Source: Chara braunii (lineage: Eukaryota > Plantae > Charophyceae). From it: a stretch of 64,000 nucleotides of DNA. Position numbers and translations under genes: made by a program. How positions within the stretch are numbered: the stretch's first letter is position 1; each line of letters begins with the position of its first letter. Shown here piece by piece: positions 21,862-35,540 of this stretch. The stretch is from assembly GCA_003427395.1 (NCBI GenBank), contig BFEA01000031.1, positions 74,003-138,002 on the forward strand, written 5' to 3'. The notes under the pieces are model-generated. The model had not been told where the DNA came from. It searched no databases and was given only the letters and a program-made list of their open reading frames with translations.

Positions 21862-24800
21862 GAGCACCGCCGAGAGTGACTCGGCGACACTCTCGACTCC
21901 TCCGGAACCGGTTTCTTCGCGAGTGACCGACCTTCATTTTGAGGCGCATGCGGAAGTCGATAGTCCTCCTCTTCTGTATTCTTTTGAGGACTATGCTTCC
22001 CGACTCATTCCTACGCTGGCTACTCAAGCTCAAGGACAAGACGTGTGTGCGATATCTTCTCCGTCCGGCAGCGGCGACGTATCGTCTTCAAGTGGTTCTT
22101 CACGTGATTTGGCGCGCGAGTTCAACATAGAGGTATTGGACCCGCTAATGTCCGAGGACTTCACCTGGCTTCCTCTCCAGACCACGGGCCGCTTGCCGGG
22201 ACCACAATGCGTAGCACTATGCGCTCATCTCCACACATACTTATCCCTCTATGCACCACCAACTTCGCCGACGGATGACGAAGTTGCGGTGGGGGACATC
22301 CTTGCGTATGTTACCAAGGTGGCCCGCGAGTTTCGCACGCAGCGGTACGATGACAACAACGCACCACTCATGTATGTCCGCACCCAGGTTGGGCAAGCAT
22401 CCTGCGGCGCTTTGCTGGATAGCGGCACACCTCGCAACTTCATGAGCCAAGCCTTTATGCAAAGGGTTGACCGTGGCGCACGAGTTTGGAGGAAGGCAAA
22501 CCAGACAGCGATCAAGTTGGCGGATGGAAAGACGCAGCAACTTCTCGACTGTTACATCGAGGCCATACCGGTGTATTTCGCACCTCATGCATGTGAACCG
22601 GTGACGTTCGACATTTTGAACACGGACTTCGACATCATTCTCGGAATGCCTTGGCTTGCAAGTGCGGATCACACAGTCAACTTCCACCGGCGGACTCTTA
22701 GCGTTCGCGACGCCTTCGGCGCCGAAGTGGCGTGTATTATTCCTCTATTGCACCCTTCGATTTGGTGTTAAGCGGTGACGGCCAAATCATTCCGGGTGAC
22801 TTGCGCTTACGAGCAGGCCGAGGAGATCGGCCTATGTTTCCTATGGACCGTCGTGGTAGCCGACTCTTCACCCACGGACTTGTCTTTGGACCCCCGGGTG
22901 GTGCGGTTGCTTGACGGGTTCGCCGACATCTTCGAGTCACCTACCGGTGTGTGCCGGATCGGCCGATCTCTCACGAGATCATTCTTGAGGTCGTTGCCGT
23001 GCCGCCGAAAGGTTGCATCTATCGGATGAGCGAGGAGGAGCTTGAGGTCCTCCGCGCACAACTCGACGATTTGTTGGCCAAGGTCTGAATCCGCCCTAGT
23101 AGCACCCCATATGGAGCACCAGTCCTCTTCGTCCGGAAGAAGAACAAGGATCTACGATTGTGTATCGACTACCGCAAGCTCAACACGCAAACCATCAAGA
23201 ATGTGGGGCCTCTTCCTCGCATCGACGATCTTCTTGAGCGATTGGGCGGCGCAAAGTATTTTTTTAAGTTGGATTTGAAATCGGGATATCATCAAATCTC
23301 GATCTGACTGAATGATCGCTACAAATCCGCGTTCAAGACGCGGTACAAGCATTTTGAGTGGGTGGTCATGCCTTTTGGCCTCCCCAACGCCCCGGCGACC
23401 TTTCAAGCGGCAATGACCAACGAGTTCCGTGCAATGTTGGACCGGTTCGTGCTGGTCTACTTAGACGATATTCTCGTCTATAGCCGGACATTGGAGGATC
23501 ATCTTGGGCATCTTTGACGAGTGTTGGAGACGCTCCGCCGCGCCAAGTACAAGGCCAACCGCGACAAGTGCAAATTTGTCCGGCAAGAGCTGGAATGCTT
23601 AGGCCATTTTGTCACACCGGAGGGCATCAGGCCGCTATCGGACAAGATTCAAGCCATCCAAGAATGGTCGGAGCCTCGGAACGTCACGGATGTCCGTTCG
23701 TTCCTTGGCCTCGTCGGCTACTATCAGCGTTTCATCAAAGGCTACTCGAAGATCGCGGCCCACTTGACCAAACTTCAATGCGAGGATCGGCCGTTTGACT
23801 TCGGAGAGGAGGCGCGGGAATCATTGTTAGCTCTCAAAGCCGCGCTATTATCTGCGGAGGTCTTGCGCATATACGACCCGCTTTTGCCTACTCGCATTAT
23901 GACGGATGCGTCCGGCTATGGCATTGGTGTCGTCCTCGAGCAACATGATGGTGTGGACTGGCACCCTGTCGAGTATTTCAGCAAGAAAGTGCCCGCCTTG
24001 CATTCCATTGACGATGCACGCAAGAAGGAGCTCCTCGCCTTCGTCCACGCGCTCAAGCAGTGGCGGCACTTCCTCCTTGGTCGAAGCCAATTCCGATGGG
24101 TAACGGACACAATTCGTTGGTCTTCTATAAGACCCAAGACACCATCAACAACACCATCGCTCGATGGATGACTTTCATTGACCAGTTCGACTTCTTTCCC
24201 GACCACATTCCCGGGAAGTCGAACCATTTTGCGGATGCTCTTTCACGGCGTCCGGATCACTGTACCGTGGTCTACTCAACCTTCGAGATCGACGACGACT
24301 TGCAGAACAGCTTCATCCGCGACTACCAAGTCAACCCCGAGTTTCACGATAAGTACGCGAGTTGCTCCTCTCCTAATCCGGCGGCTTCTCACTGCCGGAT
24401 CCAAGAGGGGTATTTGCTTGTCCACACACAGGGGAAGGACCTTTTTTGTGTACCGAGTGATCCTTACTTGCGTACACGGCTTCTTGGTGAGTTCCACGAT
24501 GCTCCTACCACCGGACACTTTGGAGTCAATCGCACGATTGGCCGACTTCGCGAGCGATTTTGGTGCTCCGGACTTCTCGGCAACGTCACACGCGATTGCG
24601 AGTCATGCGAGGTTTGCCGACGCTGCAAATCCCGCAACCATCATCCGTAAGGCGAGTTACGACCATTACCGGTCTCGTTGAGGCGAAGGGAAGCGATTGC
24701 CATGGACATTACCGACCCATTCCCCAAGCACAAGACCGGAGTGGATGGGATTCTCACGGTGGTTCATATCCGATTTTTCGTTGGCCCTCATCAAGCGATG

Positions 24801-25830
24801 AGACTCATCTCTCAAGCCCAGTTCAGCTCGCCTCCCTCAGACCAATGGCCAAACGGAGAGGGCGCACCAGACCGCACAGGTTCTCCTTCGCACTCTCATC
24901 CGTCTTGACCAGAAGGACTGGGTTGAGCGACTGTCGGATGTTGAGTTGGCCTACAACTCCGACCGCGATACTCGGTTCATGTCCGATTTTTGGTTGGCCC
25001 TCATCAAGCGATGGGGCTCATCTCTCAAGCCCAATTCAGCTCGCCACCCTCAGACCGATGGCCAAACGGAGAGGGCGCACCAGACCGCACAGGTTCTCCT
25101 TCGCACTCCCATCCGTCCTGACCAGAAGGACTGGGTTGAGCGGCTGTCGGATGTCGAGTTGGCCTACAACTCCTCCATCCACCCGGCTATCGGGATATCG
25201 CCCTTCCAGTTCGAGCATGGCTCGCCGGTCACTTCGCCGTTGGACATCATCACTCCACGAACGACCGAGAGCGACGACCATCTGTTTTTCTTGCTTTAGA
25301 TGCAAGAGCTACTTGTCAAGGCACGCGACCAGATGGCCAAGACGCAGCAACGCATGAGCCAGCAAGCCAATCGCCAGCGTCTTCCTTGCCTATTCCGCGC
25401 CGGCGATCTCGTTTGGGTCTCCGCCGCGGAATTCAGGCTTGAACAAGATATCTCTCGCAAGCACCTCCCGAAATGGATGGGGCCTCTTCCGATCGTAGCA
25501 CCCGCTGGAGACACACTCGAGGGACCTTCCTTCACGATTCAGGTGCCAGCCCACTTGCCCGTCTACCCAGTCTTTCATTGCTCCAAGTTGGCTCTTTACA
25601 GGCCAGCGGAACATGACAATTTTCTCGGGAGACGTTCGCAAGACCCACCCTCTATGGACGGTTTTCAGGAGGTCGGCGACATCATCTCCCAGCAACGCTA
25701 CGGCAACGGCCAACCGAGTATTTGGTGCATTTTGCATACTGCACACACCAAGCTGACCGTTGGTTGACCCGTGCGGAACTTCAAGCAACAGCTCCAGACA
25801 TTCTCGCATGATACGAACGCAAGATGCAAG
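21862..25830 (+). pseudogene. pol: Pol of chromovirus B (PR-RT-RH-INT-chromodomain), degenerate
   Basis: ALLDSG, YLDDIL, TDASGYGIG, GHFG...C..C, HPQTDGQTER, VFHCSKL. Multiple stops and frameshifts. Same family as element A. Confidence 0.95.
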
Positions 25831-25920
25831 GCAAGCCGGTCTCTTCGGCTCCACGCCACGCCCATGTCCAGGTTCCACCTTCAGATCGTCGGCTTCGCCC
25901 TCGCCCCGGCTTGACTTCAT

Positions 25921-27224
25921 AAGGAGGGGGGGTTGTTACATGTTGTGCCTACACACAAGGGCCATTTTCCAGGCCCTGCGTCCCTTGGGCCGAAAGCCTG
26001 AAAACCAGGGCCTACAGGCCTTGAGACTCCGTGACCATTCAACTCGAAAGCCTGAAATCCAAGGGCCTGCAGACCCTGTGTCGTTTCAGACTAAAAATGG
26101 CAATAGCCTTTTTAGCCTGACGCTAAGGGCCATTTTCAGTCGTTCATCAGAACGACCGGCCCTAAAACTCAGGCACCGAACCAGGGTTTCGGGAACGGGC
26201 TATTCTTAGCCTGTTCCCACGACAGCCTCAGCAGATGCTGCAGCGCCAGCCCCTGGCACACTTCGGCATTGGCTAGAGCAGCCTCCTCGGCCTGGCTCGC
26301 CCTGCAGGCAGTCAGGAGAGGTAGTACATAGGGACTTCCCATGCACTTCACGGGCAAGGCAGGAGGCAGTCAGTAGTCTTCAGGATTCGGCAGCAGCACT
26401 CTGGAGGGAGCGCTGCAGTAGTAGTAGCGTTAGCCTTAGTCTTCAGCGCTGGGCGCCAGTAGGTAGCTGTAGTCTTCAGCGTTGGGCTCCATAGCTAGGA
26501 TAGCACTAGAGAGAGAGAGAGATTGGGTGGAGGCCAGGAGTACCTACCTGCAGCGCCGTTGCTCCAGCTTCGTCTTCAAGGTACCTGCAGCACAGCGCCA
26601 ACTTCATAGGTTAGTATCTGGCTCGTGACAGAGAGAGAGTTCTTCTTCTTCCTCTTCTCAGTCCACCATCTCCCTCTCACCCTCTCATTATCTGACTTCA
26701 CTGCATCAGCAGACTACGAGAGAAAGAGAGAGAGAGAGCTTGGTGACATTGGATCCAGACTCGACTTTTGGTCTTCAGACATTACAACGAGGGATTATTT
26801 GGGACTTGTGACAAAGACTTGGTGTTGACGACATTCTTATCTCTCCCCCCTCTCTTCGTCTGATCCCCTCCTCTTTTTCTGTGTATGTTTGGACCTGGCG
26901 CTTTCTTCCTGTGTACAGCGCCAGGCTCCTTCACACCTTGTGATGGATACGATGTATGTTTGGTCTGCGTTCAAACATTGGTTGGGCTAGTCATTAGCAT
27001 TCTAGCATTCTGCTTCGCTATCTNATACTANGTGAATGAGGTCAGTCCCGGTCAGGTCAGGATTTGTATCTAAGTCTTNCCTGCGCTATTCAGCACCATT
27101 TTGTATGTATTAGAATGCACATTGCTTGTTGAGATTCTACTTGCACTGCATTGTCCATTCAGTCCTTTTCATCACATTGCGGATCCTCGGTTTCTATGTA
27201 CATCGCCGAACTGGGCATGTAACG
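25921..27224 (+). mobile_element. PPT (25921-25933) and complete 3' LTR (25934-27224) of chromovirus B
   Basis: AAGGAGGGGGGGT then TGTTACATG...CATGTAAC(G) inverted termini. Confidence 0.93.
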
Positions 27225-27234
27225 CTGGCTGACG

Positions 27235-27235
<1 letters not shown>

Positions 27236-27290
<55 letters not shown>
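27236..27290. repeat. (CT)n microsatellite
   Basis: Direct observation. Confidence 0.97.
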
Positions 27291-27293
<3 letters not shown>

Positions 27294-27519
27294 GAGAATG
27301 AATCTTCCTCTTTATCGAGGATGATCCGTTCTCGTTGGGCATGTATGATTTGGGCTGTTTTTTTTTTTCATTTTTTTTGCAGTTTCTTCTTTTTTTTCCC
27401 GCGATGAACTACCGGTTTTCCGAGGCTCGGCAATAAAGTCCGAAGCTCGGGAATGATCGGGCTACCGGTAGTCCGAGCCTAGGACTTGATAGCTGGGCGA
27501 GGTACTGGTGATTTAAGAT

Positions 27520-27652
27520 CGTAGCCTAGTTGATAGCCTAATTGATAGCCTAGTCGATAGGGGGATCGATACCCCTTGTTGATAGGTAAGTTGATGTCCT
27601 AGTTGATAGATTAGTTGATATCTTGAGTGATAGCCTAGTTACTAGGCCAGTT
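27520..27652. repeat. Degenerate 12-bp tandem repeat (GATAGCCTAGTT)
   Basis: About 8-9 imperfect copies. Confidence 0.8.
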
Positions 27653-29231
27653 GTATTATGAGACAGAGAGCTGAAGATCCTCTGTTCCCTTGTAGGATCT
27701 CAGGCAGTACTAGGGTGACAGCTACGCCAGCCACACTACTTTGGACCATGGACCCTAATTCCATTTCTTAGTAGCACTCGCACCCTTTTCCCTATTCCAT
27801 TCTTTGGGCCTCACTCCACTACTCACCAAATGTGCCAAATGTGAATCTTCCGCCAGAACATGGTAATATACACCGCCATATTTTTTCTCTTTTGTGCATG
27901 TGGTGAGTAGTGGAGCAGGCCCTTTGTTGACCTTCCTCCGCATTGACGGATTAAGGTCACACGACCATGAAGCAGTGCCTAAAACAAGGGTCAGATAAGA
28001 GCACCTGGGGCAGACGCCCACCTGCAAAAGGATAGATTTGCACTGCAGAACCTTTTCGCTTCTTTTATTTTTTTTGCTGCAGAACCAGTGACTACTCTGC
28101 AGCCCTTTCCGGTCATAGTTAATCTGTTTCCACAAACTTGAAAATCACCCTTCTGCGACGGCAATCATGCACAGTTATTGTCCAGGAGCGCGGTCCCACC
28201 AGCAAAAGTTGACCCCAGTTAGCAGGGGAACTACACAACAAAGAAGCAGAATCTCACAGCAATCTCCTTGGCGTCAGTACTGACGTCTTATGAGCATAAT
28301 ACAATTGTCCTTTTGGCCATTGTTGGACCCAATTTCTCCAAGACTAGGGGTCTAGGCACAACGGCTCGTTTCCGAGCTCTGGGCCCTCGAAAACTACCGG
28401 CTTGGGCATTTGCCCAATCACAGTCACTGTGTTGTCTGGTCAATAGGAATCCACCACCCTTTCCTATGTACTGACAGGAATCCACCATCCTTTTTTTTTG
28501 TTTGTGTTTTTAAATAGCACAACCAATTCATTACAGAAATCAAAATAATCGAGGTTAAAAAAAATAGAAATAAATAATAATAAAATTTTTAATAAATAAA
28601 TAAATGATAGAGGCAGGGGAGTCGGGGACCTCACAATTCAGCCCGGAGTTATCCTGGCAGCCTTAGTCAGTTTCGCTTCTGAAATTAATCTCGACTTAAA
28701 ACGAACGAGCCCAGCTACGTCCTAACCCAATTACTACTCCCTGGCTTGCCATCCTACCTACTCTGAGCGACTTGCTACTACTGCTGCTAGACTACCCTCA
28801 CCATCCTTTTCTATCCACTGACAGGTATTGAAAAAAGGAAAAAAAGAAAGAAAGAATCCACCTTTTCTAAGCACTGAATTTCGTTGACATTCCTGTGACA
28901 GAAATGTCTGAAATTGCCCAGCCACCAAATTGTGGGCAATCAANGGGGGGGGGGGGGAGGAGCCATCCACTCGTCACGCTGTTCTTCCACCCAAAATTTA
29001 AAAACTAAGCCCATGCTGGTGGGTCTCTCTCTCTTCATTCCATTTTCTTCTTTTTCCCGCTTGTTGGTGAGGGTCTATGTAGCACAGGCGAGAGCTTGAC
29101 AAACAAAAAGAGAAAAAAGTCAAGAAAAGAAAGGAAGACAAAGTGGGGATGCTCCAGCTGTCATCAGTGCAGTCCCTCACCCAAAATAGGCTTCTATAAG
29201 GTTTGATATATATTGCAGTTACGATGCAGTA

Positions 29232-30792
29232 TGTAACATCCTCTTTTTCATTTGTAGACTCCGGCATTATGTAATGTACAGGATTTGAACTTATAAGCTA
29301 GGGGAAGGTTCTGGCCGCTGCATGATAGATCATGCAGATAGATAGCCAGATATGGAGAATCTGGGTGAATGAGACCTCACCCTGTGGATCAGGACTCCCC
29401 CGTAATCTAGCATGCTTCAACTAGGGCTGAGTAGGGTTCCTGCTAAGCCCTAGTGCCTACAACCACTGTCCGGTCCGATCACCCCTCCAAGATGGTACGA
29501 AGGGTGATGGTCCTGAGTGGTACACACTGAGGTAGGATGAGGGGAGTAACCCTAGTTTTCCCAACAAAAAGGATCAGGGGAGCGCCAGGAGATTGACAAG
29601 AGGATTTCTCGTACCCTCCCCCCACCCCACCCTACCCCATCCCTACCCTACCCCGCTGTTCATCCGTCCCTTGTGTTGTCTCTTCTCCTCGCATTACCAT
29701 CCACAAATGCTTAGCCGGCCAGGAAGGGTCTCTCCTTCCCTCGCTCGTCAAATGCTCCTTCCCTAAATACCACAGTAATATCACCTTGATGTTCGATGGA
29801 CAGAGCCGGACCTATCAAAGTAATGTTACCCTGATCCATGATGGACAGAGCTGGCAATGGGCAGAGCTGATAGCAGACTGCCAACTCTTTGGCAATCTCA
29901 CCACTGCTTATACAGATTCTGCTAATTTGTTAAGCCGCCAGTACCTTTCTCAGCTGCTGGTGCCGAGCCTAAATTCGAACTTCGGGCCAAGGAAAAAACA
30001 ACCGATGCGCTATCGAATTTGGCTGGTGCCTCCAGCCATTTCGTCCCGGTAGTGCCGAGGCTGCCCACCCCCCATGTTAACCGGTGGGCATTTGTTTTTC
30101 AAGCGGGAAAATGTACTGGTGGTTTAAGATCTAGGAAGTTCCAGGATTGCTAAGGGTAGGACCCCACTGCTTGGTGGTGCCTGGTGCCAGTAAAACATCC
30201 GCCAGCCCAAAATCGTAGCCGACGGGAATGAGCACACGAAAAGGGACTCCACCACCACAGCATTTTTGGCACTTCCCAAGGTTTCTGTTACCCGATCAGG
30301 AAGACTTGCCTTTTCGGGCAAGTTTGCCTCCGCATTTTTTCAGCACACCAACCAATCCCCATGCCTCCTTTCCGCACGGGATGGCTGGTGCGTTTGCCAG
30401 CCTCTAGAGGTTGGCAAACATACTAGCCATCCCATGCAGAAAGGATGCATGGGGATTGGTTGGTGTGATGAAAAGCCAGAGGTAGGCAGAGTTGAAACAA
30501 AGGGTTGGACCCCACCGCCGTGCGAAAAGAATTTTGGTTTCCGAAACCTTGTTTCCGGGGACCCCACACAGAGTGGATTCGATGTCTGGAAACTTCGGAG
30601 GAGCGTTCCCACTCTGGCTGGGGGCGCGTAGTACCCTCTGGCGACAGGACTTCCCGGTTGCGACGGACGGGTAGAGGGGGGGGCCATCTCCTCCGATGCC
30701 GACGGAGGGTTGGGGACGGCGTTGGTGGGTAGACTCCCAGTGGTCCAAGCAGGTGATCCACAGCCATGGGCGGACAAGAAGTGGGTGTCACA
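29232..30792. mobile_element. Candidate solo LTR (~1.56 kb)
   Basis: TGTAACATCC...GGGTGTCACA inverted termini (8/10). Flanks CAGTA/CAAGA match only 3/5, so no clear TSD. Confidence 0.35.
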
Positions 30793-30815
30793 CAAGAGGA
30801 AGGTGTGGCTGTTTT

Positions 30816-30825
<10 letters not shown>

Positions 30826-30846
<21 letters not shown>

Positions 30847-30853
30847 GGGGGGG

Positions 30854-30913
<60 letters not shown>
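30826..30913. repeat. Poly-G tract
   Basis: Direct observation; may be a sequencing artefact. Confidence 0.9.
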
Positions 30914-30916
<3 letters not shown>

Positions 30917-32259
30917 CCTAGAATGACCCTGCGTAGGCCGACGAAAGGTCCAATGCCTTGCCTTGGGGTCGTCCAGGCTCTCTTCCGCCTGTGGGTACTG
31001 TTTCGTGGGGTCGTTCAGGCTCCTTTGGGAGGTGAAGGTGGGTGAAAAAAAAACAGGGAAAACAAAAAAAAGAGGCGCGTGTCGGTTCATAGAACAGTTC
31101 AAATTCAAAATTCGAACGGGGAGGTGAGGGAGGGTCGGCGGGCGGGAGGAAATCGAAATGGACAAAATACAACGTGCACGGCAAAATATGACGTGCAGGA
31201 CAAAATACGACGTGCACGGCAAAAAAGGAAGGGACATCCGGTATATCGAATATCTGTACGATGATTGTCCCGTGCATGTCCCATGCAAGCGACAACCCGG
31301 GCAGCCCTGACCATCCTTCCACAATCGTGTGTGGCCCCATAGCTCGCCGAAGGCATGCAAAGGGTCCGTGCAATCCTAGGGGGCCTGCCACCACATGTTG
31401 TACATCGCCGGGCTGTAGGAGCAGCTTGCAGGGCGTACCTTGGACATCAACTGCTTCCGCAGATCGGCAGTGGTACGAACAACAGTTTCGTGAGCGGTGG
31501 TGGTCTACCGAATGTGCCAGCCCGAGACCTGCCTATCTGCAGTGGGGTCGGTGGGCGCATTGTCATCAGGGGCGCCCTGCCTTTGCGATGGACAAAGACA
31601 TCACCTGCAGGCGTGCCACGTTGCAGATTCCTCGCGCTGTCCGCATCGGCCATTAACCGGTGTCATCTCCCAGTTTCCCAGTCCCCTGTTTCGTATGGAG
31701 GTGTCCTCCGGCCATGTCAGTTTCCTCCCACTGCCGGTTCAGCAGCGAAAGAGCCCACAAGCGTGCAGTCACGTGTGTCCACCGCAGTGACGACGACGAA
31801 GGCGCCGGGGATCAACGTGCCTAGCAACAGAGGTCATATTTGTTGCTTCTGCAATAGGACACCAAGCACCGAAGGTGTCCGTACTCCTTGTGCCTTCATC
31901 CGACAGTCCTCTTCATGCTAGGGTTGTCGCTCATCCTTGCCATTGCCATCTTCCTGGCCTGTGTTGTTGTCCTCCTCGCTCTTGCCTTTTGCGTCACCTT
32001 TTTCGTTCGTTTCTCGTAGGGGACGAAGGTCGCAGAGTTTTTGCATTGCCATCTGCTTTGTGAGCATGGACAGGCGGCTTTGGGTCGAGGATGGAGAAAA
32101 CGAAGGTATGGGAGGTTCTCGCCATGGTTCCCAACATTGGGCGCAGTATCAAGGTTTCTTGTCCATGCTGAGTCAGGACGTTGACAAGTTCGGTTCCCGT
32201 CCTCGCTTTCCCGCGGCTGTTGGCCAGCTGCCGGTGTGGAGGAAAGATCCCCCCGGCCT

Positions 32260-35200
32260 CTGAGATATGCCATCGGGTCATGTACCTTTGTACCATGAAT
32301 CTGCACATGGAGGCGGGGCTGGGTAAGGCAGTTTGTCTTGCGCTGTGTACTCACAACTGTCCTCCACGGACATGGCCGTGCATGGGGCCACCACGGTCCG
32401 TGCAGGCAGTTTCACAGCGACATTGTGCAAGGAGTACGAGGAGCCATTTTCCGACGGGCAATGTAGATGGATGTCAGTGGAGGACATGTCAGGAACGCAA
32501 CGGTCTTATGGGGTGGCATCCAACCAGAAGTAGAATGGCGGTGTGTACGACCATGTCCATGGAGACAAATTCGGATGTGAGGCACAGAGCGGTCGTGGGC
32601 AGGCGACATTGCCACAGGGAGGAACACCGCTACATGGGGGGTTACATGTGACGACAGGGGCGGACGCGGACAGTGGCAATGGTGTTCGTCAAGGGTAGGA
32701 GTGTTCTCATGCAGCCCCCCAGCAGGTCGCAGTCGACTTCGGGTCGTCGGAGTCCGTGGATCATCTGTGTAGTGGCTTGCCACCAGCCAGCCGTGGTGAT
32801 GGAAGGGGGCGAGGTCAAGGGGGGGAGGGCACAAGTGACAGCAGCGGATGCAGCGATCGGGCAACACAGCCACCAGGGGGAGGACGTGGCAGAGAAGGGC
32901 AAACTCCACCAGCATCTGCATGTGGTGGGGAGGCTAGTGGGAGTGGAAAAGACCTGGGTGGACAGGAGAATGATGACAACCCTTCACTACCTCCAGCAGT
33001 TGACGAGGGGGGGCGTCAACGAAAAGCTCCTGCCAAAACGATTGTGCCTTGGACGTTGAAGGAGTGTTGGCGCTGGCCAAATGGGAACGGGAGGATGACG
33101 CGATGATGGCAGATGCCACCGCCAGGCACAAGTGTATGAAGAAGGGGGAGAGACAAGAGTGGGTCGGAGATGATGGCGGATGCCACCGCCAGGCACAAGT
33201 GTATGAAGAAGGGGGAGAGACAAGAGTGGGTGTCCGACCACATGAAAGAGGAAGGGATGATGAGGTCCGCCGAAGATTGAAGGAAAAAATGGTTTAAGGG
33301 GCTCGTTCGACACTCCTCGGGGCATCCTCGGGCCCCGAGGACGATTCCTTGGAGTCGCCGGAGGAAAATCCCGCCTTCGTTCCACTCATCCTCGAAAATG
33401 TTCCCCGAGGACGATTCCTCGGGGCGTCCCGCGGCCAGTTTCATATATCGACGAGTGGACGCGGGGGGTGGTCGGCGTTTGGTCCATCCTGCATGTCCGT
33501 GTGGGTGTGGGTGGTCCAGTGCTGGCGGCGCGCATGACCGGGCTCTGCGGCGGGAAAAAAAAAATGGCACGGAAAAGGCGCGGTGTCCCAGATCGAAATT
33601 TGAATTCGAATTTTTGAGATCAAGCGTGCACAAGCGTGGGCGTCCACCACTCGCAGTCGCTGCTCGCCCCGTGTTATGGATTCTTGCCGTCGCGGATGGA
33701 GCATCCGTCGCTGTTCTTCCCACACCTCCCTCCCGTCGCGTCCGTCACCTCTTTCCTCGATCCCGCAATCATGCTCCCCGCATTCCCCCCGATTGCGAGA
33801 CACACTCAAATTGCCGGACAGGGGAGACAGGGACAACATCCACAACGTGCGAGCCGAGGCACCCCTTGAAGCAGACGGCGCCCTGTATTGTTGCGTACGA
33901 GGATCCCTGTTGTTCCCCGACGCCACGCGGACCGACGACACTGGAGACTTCGACGGTCGTGCAACAGCCATCACCTGGCCGCCATCGTCATTGGGACGGT
34001 TGTCGACTAGCACTGTCCGCGTGGAAGACGACGACCTCCCACTGCACAGACCGAACGTCAGATTCACACCTCCATCTCCTTCGTCGCCGCTCAGGCCCTG
34101 CTGGAGGAGCTGGGTGTACGACTGCCCGTAACTGGGCTCGCGGCTTCCACAAAGCTCTGTGGCCGTCCACTCCTGCGTAGACCCACTTCCCAGCGGCATG
34201 TCACGTGAACGTCTGTCGTCCTCCTCCTCGTCCGATGTGTCCGGCAAAAGCTGCAAGTGTGGTGGCAGGTGCGCGTACTCCGACCGCTCCACCGCCCTTG
34301 AACCTCTAGACGGGCTCTGTCCGGCCCGTTGGCCACCACCCTCACCCCCTGCAGACCTGCAAACCGCCTGCCGCCCATCCATACTGACGTCCTTCTTTGC
34401 ACACCGTCGCCTGAGCCCACGTCGCGGAACGATGCCGACGACACAGACGTGGAAGAGCACTACGAGGACAAGCAGGAGGACGACCAGCACCAGCAGTGGC
34501 AGCCTCCGAAAGACGTCGGCCATGAAACGCACGTGGACGACGCGAGCACCTGCAAGACAGCCGTGGACGTACAGGAAACGGTGACGGACACTCTGTCGAA
34601 AACGGCCGATCGCAGCTAACGACAAACGGTGGGTAACGTGCTCCGTCGCGGAAGACACAACGCGATCGGGAAAGTGGGGGCGGCCTAAAGTATTCGTTGG
34701 CCGCGTTGAAAATTGTCGTCGAGAGAGCTGTCGTCGACGCTCCGATTCTTCCGGACGCTCGACCTCCAAGGGACCTCGGGAGGTCCCTTGGGGAAAGCGT
34801 CGAAATGGCTGTAGCCCGAGGAATCCCGGAGGAAACCCCGAGGAAATGTTTTCACTTTTTTTTTTCGTTTTGTTCCCCGAGGATAGGTGGAACGATGATT
34901 TCCTCGGGGATTTTACGTGCCCGAGGAGTGTCGAACAAGCCCCTAACTTGGTACAGAAGCTGAAATTGCTTGTGGACAAGGTGGGGCGGTCAGGGCATTA
35001 ATTCTATTGGGACATGACAGAAGAGGAGAGAGAGGCGGAAGGTATTTATGTCACGTTCGATTGACGTCTTTGGCAGGCGATGGAGTGGGTGTTCAAAAAA
35101 CCGTCTAGGACGTGTGAAAAAGCCATGAACTTCGACACCATGGGTGGAGCTGAAGCAAAAGGCACAGGGGGAGGTTTGGGTGAGCGAGGAGGGTCGGACA

Positions 35201-35540
35201 GAGGAGGGTTCGACACGCCGGGAAGCAGGTTAAAATAGAGGTCAAATGGCGGCAGTAGAGTCCATGTTGGAGATGACCCATCTTCCGTGTCATCTATGGG
35301 AGTTGCCATCGCTGAGTCCATACGTGTGTACGTGGATGGCTTGGACAGAGCCGTGGCAACGATTGCTGAGGCGAGCAAGGAAGGTTTGACCATCATCGCC
35401 GGGAGCATAGGCAAAATGGCGACGCAGATAGGTGCATTCACATATGTCATAGGTGAAGGGAACGATGTGCTGCAGCTCCTGGTTGGTGTGATGGGTGCCC
35501 GGAATTCAGGCAGACCTCGGAGTACTGGGGGGGGGTAGGG
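32260..35540 (+). pseudogene. Degenerate Myb/SANT (trihelix-like) ORF of a PIF/Harbinger element, split by a nested insertion
   Basis: W..E..LA...EWVSDHMKEEGMMRSAED*RKKWF at 33045-33297 joins NLVQKLK...SG...YWDMTEEERE...FD..LWQAMEW after 34947 once the insertion and one TAA are removed. Confidence 0.8.
33298..34943 (-). mobile_element. Non-autonomous PIF/Harbinger element, 1646 bp
   Basis: 24-bp TIRs GGGGCTYGTTCGACACTCCTCGGG (one mismatch), TAA target duplication at 33295-97 and 34944-46, subterminal TCCTCGG repeats. Carries a low-complexity ORF fragment (YAHLPPHLQLLPD...PLGSGSTQEW). Confidence 0.92.

Noticed and set aside
33441-34979. 512-aa ORF as a host gene
   Set aside because: Runs through the TIR of a non-autonomous Harbinger; only the central part resembles a TE-borne protein fragment.
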